Source of the DNA: Catajapyx aquilonaris
Lineage: Eukaryota
Direction of reading: 5' to 3'
DNA: 64,000 bases
Assembly: GCA_000934665.2 (NCBI GenBank)
Contig: KZ538577.1
Location: 1 to 64,000 of the forward strand
Made by a program: the position numbers and the translations under genes. Positions within the stretch are counted from its first letter, which is position 1. Each line of letters starts with the position of its first letter. Below the pieces are notes generated by a model. The model did not search any database, was not told the DNA's origin, and saw only the letters and a program-made list of their open reading frames with translations. This document shows positions 49,274-61,051 of this stretch, one piece after another.

Positions 49274-52200
49274 GTGCAAAAATATTAAGTTTCCCCGCAA
49301 CTCAAAGATTTGATCTCGTGTACTGTACATGTTAGTGAATTCAGAAAATCCTGGCTTGCTGGCGAAGTGGTCTTGCCCCCAAAAAATCGAACACGACCTT
49401 GACAACGAATATTTTCTATCACACCCGACATACACTGTATAGCTTTGACATGTTGGTTAGTGCGTTAGTGGTTGTGTCCCACTTTAATCCGAGATACCTA
49501 TCGGTCTCTATAGGCGTATGTTATATTTGTGCAATAATACGCACGAGATAGCCCCCATACTATTTCCATTGATTTCAACGGTTTATTTGATGATTTCAGG
49601 TGCGCTTGCTGAAAATTAATGCCTGAATAAAGGTAATCAAAACTGGAAGTAAATTTGTGCAAAATTTAGTAGCGCTTCTCGGCATTTTAAGCAAGGGTTT
49701 TATAAACTGCATCCAGTCTCGGGATGAGCTAGGGGGGTAGGGGTGATGGGGGGATGGGTGGGTGGATGAGAGGAGGAAAAAAAAAGTGGTTCAATAATTA
49801 TCAGGCGGGTTTATTGGCAGACTCCCCTGATTACTGGCGGCCACACGATGTGTGGAAAATGCTGGCGTGGGTGCAGAGCAGTGTGTATGTGTGTTGTGAG
49901 GGGGAAGCAAAATCCCCCGGCCATTGGCATCCACACCACCCCCTTCCCCCCCTCATCCCAATATATCCACCTTCCACCCACTTCTCCTCACCCCAAATAG
50001 AATATGTTGACTTAACTCGCAATATTAGTTTTACTATCAGCCGCAATGAAATTGGTTCAAATTGAGTGACGTCAATGTTATTGCGGGTGCAACAAAGTAG
50101 CTTCAGTTAGCAACACTGATGCTTGCAGCTTGTTTAAGAATCTGCATGTGATTGGCAAAAGCCAAGTGTGAATGCTAGGTACACACCGGATGAATTTTCA
50201 TTTGGGAGAGATTTTGGATCACCCCTCCCGGATAAAATGTTCCGGGGGTTTCGGGGAAATGGAACTGAACCGGGCGGCGTTGAAGTGCGCTTTAGGGAAG
50301 AGGAGGGTAAATTATCGGTGGAGTAAATGGGTGGCCGGCGTGGCAATGTAAAGTTAAATAACCCAGTTTAATGTGTTATGAGGATCACCCCAAACAGCTC
50401 TTGCGCATTTTGCATTATGTTGCCAGTCCTCGCATTTCCCCCCCCCCCAACCTACTACCAGCACATATAGAGTGGCCAGGGGGTGCGGGTTGGGTTGGGT
50501 GGGATCAAAGTCAACTGCCGTCTTTTGTTGCTGGCTGCCTGGCATGAAAAAGAGGGGGGGCATCTGTCATAAGCAATGCCTAACCGTCCATGCGTCAATG
50601 TAATCGACAACCATCATGGTCGCTGAATTTTTTACGCCAACGTTTCCGACCCGGCTTCGTGTACATTTTGCGCCTATTACATAATACACTTTGACGCACA
50701 GGTTCTTCCGCTTGGTTGACTTTGTTGTGACATGCTGGTTCCAAGGTGTATCCTGATGTATAGGCCTCACGCGTTGCGCACCCTGTAGATGGGTGGCCCG
50801 CATGGTTAGGATACTTTGCACTTTTCCCAGGCAATTACGGGCCAACTTGGAGGACTAGGTAAGTGGTAGTATCGCATTTTTTGGCTCCCAAACTTTTCGG
50901 CCTCAAAAACTGTCGGTTCCGGCTTTCATTCAAAAGTTCAGCGCACATGACGGAAGCTCCTTAAAGAAGCCGCTTAAGTATTTAACCACAATGCTCCCCA
51001 CAAACATTGTACGCCTGCTTTACGCGGGTAGATCCAATCTCTTAAAAGCTGTAAGAGGCATTCTCGCACATTTTTTTTTCTGCTACATCTGTCGGCATCG
51101 AAATGAAGTCATAACGCTTAATTGAGATGTTAAGAGGCTATCTCGTAACAATCGGTCATTTTTTTGGAAGGCTCCAAATGTGTGCGGATAAAAATGGGAC
51201 AAGTGGTGTGGAGGGATTCAGTTACAGTTGTGGCCCAAACGGAATAATGATTTGAAAGCGGGGCAGGGACAGGGGCCCGGACGTTGATGAATAGTCCTGG
51301 GCCTCACCCACACCTAATTTACTTGTCACCGAGGTTGCACGGGAGAAAAGTAATTATTCCCACCTCCAGACATTTTGATTTGCCCCGGAATCATCAATAA
51401 TTATTTGTGAGGGATGTTCCGGGGGTGAACAAATTGGGCGTAATTGCGGGAATTATTGTTTCCAACGCTGGATGCGCACACCGGATTTTTATTGCTGGTT
51501 GGCGGATATTTTGCCCAATTTTTGGACGTATATACCAGGATTGATTTTGCCGTCGTGGCAGTTGTTCATAATATCAGATGAAGAAGTGAAACTCGAGTTT
51601 TAAATATTGCAAACTGTCTACTTTCAAGCCCAGAGTTTCACTATTCGGGCATCGTGTATTTAAAAACTAAGTTTCACCTTTTCATGTAATATAATTAGGA
51701 ACTAATTACACTAAAAACTATCGTGGTGCACCGTCATTTAAATCATGGAAGGGATCCTTTGCGTGCGGTCAACTTTAGGCCTTTCAAAATGCAATTCCAT
51801 TGCGTATACAGTAGTTTATATATTACTAAGACTTTAAAGCACTTAGCGTTAGTGCACATTAGAGTTTTGCAAATGACATTGGGTGCAGTTACGACTAAGC
51901 TCCCGGAAAATCATTCCGATTACGGTATTCATTGTGGGCTCTAAATAGGGTAAGCTGATCGTAGGTTTAAGTAGGCGTACTTTATGTAAATAATCCATTA
52001 TTTCATGCAGTTGAATACGATGCGTAGATATCCGAATTAGGGAAGGAAATAACAGTATAGTCTGCTTTGTGACACAGCAGTAAAACCAGCGACTTGAAAA
52101 AAGAAAAAAAAACTGTACTAGCTTATCCCGAATATCCCTCTAAATTTTTTGTGTGCGTGTCTGGGTATATGTGTGTGTGCAGAAAGCTGTTTGCAAATGC

Positions 52201-55200
52201 CCGATGAAAGTGTTGGCAATGTACAAAAAAAAAGTCGAGTGTAGTACTACAAAAAAAGCACTAGCGCTTTTATCCATTTCATCCAGCGCGAACCATTCAT
52301 TAGGAGATTAAATACTGAAAAGTGTTATTGCTGCTGTGTGGCGGAGGTAAAAATGAAATCGCACTTAATTAGAACCGGAAACAGCACCGGGTTGGATCAA
52401 TCTGGGACCGTTTTATCAGGAGGACAAATATTTTGCATACCCCAGTGAGGCGCTCTATTATAACTTTACATCCTCCATCTCTGACGTCATCAGGGCGTGT
52501 CATAGGTCACACAACATTTGAGTGTCAGCCTCATCTTATTGGCCGGGTCCAAGGTCAACGGCTATAGCGTAGCAGCTAGAAGTAACGTGATAATCTGCAT
52601 TGAGTCGAGGGTGCTGCGAGCTAATTTAGCACTTGGCTTTCATTGAGCATTGGCAGTTGCTCGTCGCTTGGGGCTGAGCGAGAGAAAAAAGCGAGCTTGT
52701 TAAATGGTGACAGGACGCGTTACTTTCACCTACTGCAATGAAAATAACTCTAATGGGGTATTCCCAGGGGGAGGGGGGGAGGGAATCGTCGCCGTCACTC
52801 CCTTTTAGGACGGCCGCCACTCAATTTGTTTTCATTACCGCTGCGGACACCCGCCTTAATGCACGATTACGTGTTTGACTTGTTAGCTCTGCAATTGATA
52901 GGGAGGCCAGAGCTTTTGGAGGGAGGAGGTGAGGGCAGGCGGGGACTCTAGTCCATTGATCATTTTCGGGAGGGTGCCCGCAGATCTATTGGTCAACTCT
53001 CGGAGCCCACCGTAAAAGGTGTTGTGGCCATGTCCGAATGCGGATTCCATGGCGTAATTCGTCCCAATGCCGAATTGTGGCTGATTATTGATGGGATGTA
53101 AAGGACTCTCACGGCTGTTCGGATTTGCGCCCGACTATTGGCAGAGCATCGTTTTTGATGGTATGGCTTAGGGTCATGTGCGTCCGGATGAATGCGGTCA
53201 ATTTATCGTCGTTCAGTTGCACTTTTCATGTTTGAAAGCTGCTTTCAGGGATTCGTAACAATGTAGCTTCAGTATGTCTGAAGTTTTTATATGCGAGATA
53301 GAATACTATTCCCGATGGCGTACAAAGCGGTTCCATATATTGTTAATCCCATTGTCGAGAGCTATTAATATAATTATTTTGAATATTTAGGGTGTGCATT
53401 ATATTCCGTGCTTAATCCAATATCCACATGAGAAAAAATAAGCTCCGATCAGCAACAAAATGTGATTTAAAAACCTAGCTTCACCCTACCATTTGCGAGC
53501 TGGAGTTGTAGTCAAACAAGCAAAACGACTGCTTTTTTTGGAGGGAATTTTTGCCGCCATTGTTTTGCGGCCTGCATGTGAAAAGTTATTTGGATAAACT
53601 GTATACAGCTGCAGTGCTTATAATATTGTTTGCGCTCTGCTGGTGTGGAAACAAAAGTAGAGCCTGGTTTGGACTCCGGCTCTTCAACTAAAAACTGACG
53701 ACCTCACAAACTATGACAAACAAATCGGCCCCATTGTGCACCTAAGTTTGATTTTCCTACCATTTGTACTGTATACAGGGCATACTGCATGGCATATAGT
53801 ACGAAATTTACGAAGGAAATTTTCAATGTTGCTCGACTCGCTTAATTATTGAATGCCAAATATTTTGTGTATAATATGCAGTATGTTTAGTTGAAATTTT
53901 GTGGAAATGTGTAGGGCTGGATGGCTGTTGCTCGTGAGAATTCGTAATGTCAAACGTCACTTCCGCATCAATATGTGAGATCTATTTTCAGTTGTGAGCC
54001 ATCATTGAATATACTGTAGGCTATACATATAGGATGAAAGATTATACCTAATGACGTACGTACTTGTACATATTGATGTATTACTCTCCAAAAATACAGG
54101 CATGTATTAGTAGTACTGTACGTTGTTTGCTTGCTTCACTTGATAAATTTAGATAGTTTTTGGCAAAACCAAAAGAGACGCATGGGCAAAGGCATGGCAC
54201 AATGCGAAAATTACCGGACCACAATGAAAAGGTTTGCATTTCTGGCACAAATATTGGTAGGCCTGCGAAAGGGGGGGGGGACTCGGCATAGTCCCGCTAA
54301 CTACCAATTATAGTACATTTCATATTCTATTAAGTAAATAGAACTGAAACGCAGTGATTCAAAGCGGCGTCTATTCATCTCGCTTCCCCATCCGACCCCA
54401 TTAAATTCTTACTGCATTACAGAGGGAAACAATGTTACAAACATCACAGGCTCTAAACACACAATTATACCAGCATTCAATAATCAGATGCATGCAGAAA
54501 TTCGGCCAACGATTGTATTATAATGATGCATAATGCGATGATCAGTTCACAATCAAGAAAGGCCAAATCAACACTATTAGTATTGTAGTAGTTGTTGCTG
54601 TAGTGCATTGGTATGGGGAGGGGGGAGGCTGGGGAAAGAGGGGTCACGCGGGGGTTGGACGAATTGTCCCCAGGCCATGATGACAGTGTCGACCAGTACC
54701 GTACACAGAGGGGGTGGGAATTTGAGCACCACAATTTATTCCCCAACGCCGATATACAATTATATTACTAATATTACAAACACCAGCTTGTTTTGAAGCG
54801 TGCCAATGTTGCAGCAAAGATCATCCTCATCAAGCCTCCCAATTATCATAAGCAATGATTAGAATCCAACATAGAAAGTGTTCCCCACCCTTTTTGGGTA
54901 GAGTCCAAGCTGCACTAATATTATCATTTCCCTTCATTTGGCGGCAAACAGAAGAAGCGTGTCAAAGGGAAATCGGATCCGTCTCCAATCAATAGAAATG
55001 GCATTTCATGATTCATAGGGACGGGCTTCTCCTTTTTCCCCATGTCAACAATGGGAACCCATCCCCATTCTCCCTCTAATTATTATCGAGCGAGAGACGT
55101 TGCGCGAAAAAAGACGCAATTGCATAGCTTCGCTTATTATATTATCTGGGGTTCACTGACTGGATTATTTGCATTTCTACCTTGTTCTTCCTAAAATGGA

Positions 55201-58200
55201 CAAAAAGCGACAGAATAGGGGGGGGGGGGGGTTCCAAATGAGAGTCGACTTTTTCTGCCCGGAAAAAAACCCACTCTGATTTCCCAGCTGATTTATTGAG
55301 CGTGGTCCGGAAAAAGAAGCTGAAGCCTTTTCCGGATTGTATGGCCAAAGGGGTCACTTGGGGGTCAACCAGAAAGGCTTTTCCGGTCTTGTTTCCGATG
55401 TCGGATTTGATCAAAGCTTTGACAAACGAATGGACCATTGTGGTGCGAAAATTGCGCTTCTAATTTCTCTCTCTGGCGAATTATAACGAATATCTGGGCT
55501 CATTTTTTCGCAATTTTTAAAACTGAAAATCCCGAATAGTATACCCCCAACAAAAAAAATATAGCGACGAACCATTTTTTTTCCAGCGTAGACAGCTGTG
55601 CACTTGGCACATTTGCAGCGTGAATCGGGTCCTATAATGAGTCTCCTAATGCTGTTGATTAGTCCAGCGGCACTATTATTCAACGTAACATTAAAGCGAT
55701 ATGCTCCCCCCCTTTTTTTTCCACTCTGTCTCTCCTTTCCACGCTGCGTTGCACTAGTCCACTGGGTATTCCCTCCTATCTCAATGTCGGCTCTCATTTG
55801 GAGCCGGAAAAAAAAGCGAGGGACCCAAGTGCATCTCGGGACAAAAAATATGGCGTCCGGCATGAATTATTAAGGGCACAATATCATCTCTTGCCGTCGG
55901 AGAAGAGACATTACGGTGGGTAATACGATTAGGGTTGGCGGTCTCCAGATGCTGGCCCGGAGTCCATAGCCTCCCCCCTCCTCCCACCTGACTTGATGTT
56001 TATGTCGGTAATGTATGAGTCCAATCGTAGGAGTGACAATATCTGGGTTTTTGGGAAAGAGGGGGGGGCGTCAACACTAGCACCATCTGGCGCCAACCGA
56101 CCCTTAGATGCAAATAAGCAAGGTGATTCTGCAGATGGAAACCATTAAGAAAACCCGCGGTGCATATTGCGGTGTAGTCGTAACCTTCAATTATATCTTG
56201 CGGAGGCGGGCTTATATGCATCAGAGGAAAAAGGATTCCATATCCTCTAGAGATGTTGGAAGCACTTGCAAGGGAGTGAAATGTCCCATTTTGGGGCCCT
56301 CATTTTCGGGGGTGGTGTAGAGCAGATAAAAAATAACAACTGGGTACAACTTCGAGGGGGTGGGTTTCTAATCTCATTGCAATTTCCTCAGGTTCGTTTT
56401 CACGATTCGGTTTCTGAATGAGGAAAAAAAAAAATGTGCTCTAATTTTTTTTAAATCTTACCGAGCACCTTATGTGGAATCATTAAATCAGCTCGGGCTG
56501 GTTATTTTGTCATTTGGAAGGAGGGGTTGGGATAGGGGATGAAAATGGGAAGATTTGGGAGCGGACCTAGGATGGAAATGAGACCGTTTCAGGGGGGGGG
56601 TATACCAGACGGCTTTTCTTTTCAACCAAGACATCATGAAAAAAATGGGCGAGATTGCCTTTTGCGGGAGTCGAAATGGACCCCATTGATTCGAAATGAA
56701 CCCAACACGAGGACGTCATATTTATCGTCGCCCCCCTTTTAGATTACCCCTCGGTTGCAAAAATATACAGAAACTTTGATGTCCGTCCGTCTAAAAGAGT
56801 GACTTTTATGGGAGCCCCCACTGTTGGGAAGAGGTTGCAAACAAGTCCCTTAATTGTATTACGTCGCCACTGTTATCGTATTAAAAAAAGGCATGCTTTT
56901 CTTTTGAGAGTCGCTCTTGGGTTACTTGCAGGAGTTTATTGGATTTTAATTTGTGGCTTTTTGCATGGTTTATTAACCCACTCCTGAGACATTTGTGGGG
57001 TAATTTGATTTGTTATACACTTCGACATAATGATTTGATTTGGACGGGAGTTTTTTTCCAGAAGGTTGCTCCCTTTTTTCGCTAATTTTCAGAATCAACC
57101 GTAATAGGTCAGAAAAGTGGAAAGAGGGGGTTGAGAATTTCATTCGCCTCCAAATCCCCCACCCCTTTTACCTTAGTTGGAAATGAAGTGAAAATGTGAG
57201 TACACATCTCTCTGAAAAGCACTCTCTCTCTCCCCGCCCTCTGAATAATATTACATAGCCAGTTTGCTTAACTGCACTCAAAGTCTAGTGGACCCCCCTT
57301 TTCAGTAAGTTTCCTGAAAGGGGTTCAGAATCCAAGACTTTGGGCTGGGGCAAGGGGGCCACTTGTGTTGAGGTCTCTGTATAGTGTAGGCTGGACGGTC
57401 TCGTGCCTTCTCAAACGTATATATGCCGCCCCCCCCCCTTTCCTACCTGCCCTCCAACTGCCCCCTACCCCCGGAGGAAAAAGAAAAAGTAAAGAAGCTC
57501 TGTAAACAATGTAGTGGCCCGCCCTGGGCCTGTTTAGTTCTCATGAAAAGTCTAACAGCGTGAAAGCCTTGGGGAGGGACCTAATAGTCTTGTAAATAAT
57601 CCCCAGGGCCAGCGGTGCAACTGCTGGGGCCCCCACCATCAAAGATTTAACCCTGCCTTGTACGTAAAAGAGACAGTTAGTTGCGGGCAAGGGGGCGGGG
57701 GAGACAGGAAGGTGTATGATTTTGCACCACTTGTCCCGGACACTACAAGATCTTACAAATTACCCGCATTTTTTGTACAATTCCGTGACAAAACAATTAT
57801 TTAAAAAATTGATGTGAAAATGAGCAGGTGTTTTTTTTGGACATGGCGGCCATGATGAGAGCGCCCTCTGATGACGTATTGAATTTCGAATGCGCACAAT
57901 TGGCGTCAAAACGAGCTGAATCATGTCCGTTCCATTTGCTGGAGATACGAAACGGTAATTGTTTCAACCTTCCTCCCCATCTCCCCCTTGCATTCTCTCA
58001 CCCAAGCAACTCCCTTGAAATGCATTATGGGAAAGGGGAGTAATTGCCTCCCGAAGTGTTTGGATGTTGGCTCGGGAGATGATCGATGTGTTTCGTTTGG
58101 CCAGTCAGGGTCATTTGTTGTTTGGAAAGCATATTGAGAAGGAAGAAAGAGGGTGCCTTTTTTCATGGGGGGCCTCCCAAATAGTAGACGCGTCAGCCAC

Positions 58201-60449
58201 ATTTGCTTACAATAAAGGGCCTCTTAAATAGCGCGGGGCCTCTGATGTCATCAAAAATCAATGTTATGAATTAAGGGCAACTCCTAGCCGGACCCAGATG
58301 GAGCCCTTCTGAATAGTGCACACGTGAAAGTCACGGGCTTACATATAGTTATCATTCAGTCGTGTAAATGACAGGCTGATATATTGACATTATAATCATT
58401 GATATAATATGTTGATACCTGAAGTGAATACCCATCAGCATGATTTTTATTCCTAGGCCACAGCTCGCCTACACATTATTTCCCCACTTAACGGCTCTCA
58501 TTTTGCCATGTTTCCATGTTATGTCACTTTGGTAATGCGGCCCATAATCATCTGGATATGACTGAGCACGTTGCGCTTTTAAATTCACGAGCAAAAATTT
58601 GTTACACTTATTTCTGACGTACGAGTACACTTATTGTCACGGAAATATTGTATCTGTAAATAATGAACAATTTTTTTTCCTCTTCACTGCCACGTATATA
58701 CGGCAGTAATAATGTCCTACTATAAGCCCATCAATCTCGATTCATCATCGCTTCTGACACTTTGGATATTACTGCATACGAAGTCTGCTTGTGCCGAGGG
58801 GAAAAAGTCCTCAGCGTTCAAGTTTCACTCCATCAAATGAAACCTCATCAACATGACACCGAGAAGTACTAATGACCTCAGCGCGCAATTTATGATTCTG
58901 CCCTCCCAAGTGGATGAGGACATTGGACAGGAATTTTCCAAGTGTGAATAGTGTAAACACACACTTGTGCTGTTCTTCAAAAACTCATCTTCTTTTATGG
59001 GATTCGAGATGGAAGGGCGGGGCGTTTATTTCGGGAGTTGACCCGTGCAAAATACGATATCATTTCATGTTGTCAGGCCATGGTAAGGAACAATTATATT
59101 CGAGTCGCAACAGTTGAGAAAATATCTGCTGTATTAATTTTTTGTATGTGTCGTCAATATGCTAATATTATATCGACCTTATTTTTTGGGGTAGGAACCG
59201 CCCACAATTATATTTAAAAAAATCTGCTGGTGAGACACCATTTAGGTTTCTCAACAAATGTTATGCAAATTGCCCCGCAGGTTGTGATGGGCATGATTTT
59301 ATCGCGGATGATTCCGTTTCTGCTTTTAATTCTGTGGTCACCTTTCCCACACTTTCGAATCAGTTCGAGTTACCTCCAAGCTCAAGATGACTGTTATTAG
59401 ACCCATGATTTATTATAGGCTCCGGTCCAATAAATCACACACCTTGACCAGTTTGTACCATTGTTAATTGTTGCCTAATTGGAAGCAAGTTTCAGATTCA
59501 ATTTAGAATAATGCGATTCGGACCCAAATTATCTATCATTATCGTTAGCATTTTTAAAAAAAAGTACATGAATAATATAACAGGAGAAAAAAAGGCCGAT
59601 TTGGAGCGCACTGGATGATACCTGAAATAGTATAGGGTGATAAAAGCCGGGCTCCATCACGCATAACCACCATTTCCAGTTTGTTAGTGGTGGTGGTGGT
59701 TGAAAAACTCTCAAGGTCTGGGCAAACTTTTGTGGAGTGGGCCAGGGATCCATCTGACACGATCTGATGACTAGCAGAGACTTGGTAATATACGGTGGGG
59801 GTGCATAGCCACTCACTATCCCCCCCCTAACCCACCCACCCCCCATCAGAAAAGTGGTAGCCTTTTAGCCAAAGGCCCAGCATTAAACTTTTTCTGCCTT
59901 AATGATATCTGCCGGAGTTTCCACCATTTAATTGTGTAAAGCTTAATTTTCGAGGTAGCCACGTTCGGCGTTTTAGGGCAATTTTGAGGCCGGAATAACA
60001 GTGATTTGTGCGAGGGACGATGTTTTCATTGCACGAACAGGCCCTGTTAATTAGATGTTGAACTCTTACCTGCAGTGGCCATTACGAAAATGTGTTCGAG
60101 GGTATAAGGATTGGGAAGGTGCTCCGGGTTTTGCTGGCTGGTGTAAAAGCTGGGGAGATATATCAGTAAAAAAATAAAAAGGGCCAGTTGGCGTGAGCCA
60201 CTTGCCACTGAGTTGCTATTGAGAATGCCGCCATTTTGGAAGATCGGCTGATAATGGTCTTTTACGTGTTCTTGCCAGTCAAAATTAGGATTGGTCAAAG
60301 GGTTTTATTTACGGTTTTTATAGGTACACCAATCATGTCGAAATTTGTAAGTATACACTTTAAAAAAACGACATAAATGGTTTGAAGTTATTTCAACCAA
60401 ATATTTGCAGCCTTATGGACCCCTGTGAGATTAGTTCAGCCCCCGGACA

Positions 60450-60754
60450 CTTATACTACATTATAATGATGTCACCTGCCGGGGCGTTTTGCAGAAGGTG
60501 CTCACTTGAGAGCGCCATGAGACATTTCACTCTCCGGATAAGTGGCGACCCTACCGGACTAGGCTGAACTTTATAGGTACAGTGCTGGACAAATTAGCCG
60601 TCGCTGAATTTTTTTCCGTCGGCGACGGCGCTGCGTTACCTGGCAACCCCGTCCGGCGGGCCAATTCAAACATCAGCATATGGAGAGCGCTTCCATTGTT
60701 GCCACTGTTTACAAATCGAGTGAGTGAGTGCGCAGGCAGAAGAGACCNCCCCCC

Positions 60755-60785
<31 letters not shown>

Positions 60786-61051
60786 AAAAAAACATTCAGC
60801 GACGGCTAATATTCCCAGCACTGTACAAAAGGGAAGCGCTACATTGGGAGACCCAACATGGGCGCCGGCGGCCATTTTGGGCCCGCATGTAGCTCTTCCC
60901 TTTTGTACCTATAAAGTTCAGCCTAGTCCGGTAGGGTCGCCACTTATCCGGAGAGTGAAATGTCTCATGGCGCTCTCAAGTGAGCACCTTCTGCAAAACG
61001 CGTCGGCAGGGGGTAGGTGGGAGTGTCCGGACCTTACTTTCTATGACCATG
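60450..61051. mobile_element. Palindromic element family P, copy 2 (palindrome 60475-61010) with a nested MITE
   Basis: CCTGCCG...CGGCAGG arms homologous to the 10-kb copy; same right flank. Confidence 0.85.
60580..60823. mobile_element. Tc1-like MITE nested in element P
   Basis: TA|CAGTGCTGGACAAATTAGCCGTCGCTGAA...TTCAGCGACGGCTAATATTCCCAGCACTG|TA. The empty site TTATAGGTAC(A/G)AAA is seen in the other arm and in the 10-kb copy. Confidence 0.9.
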
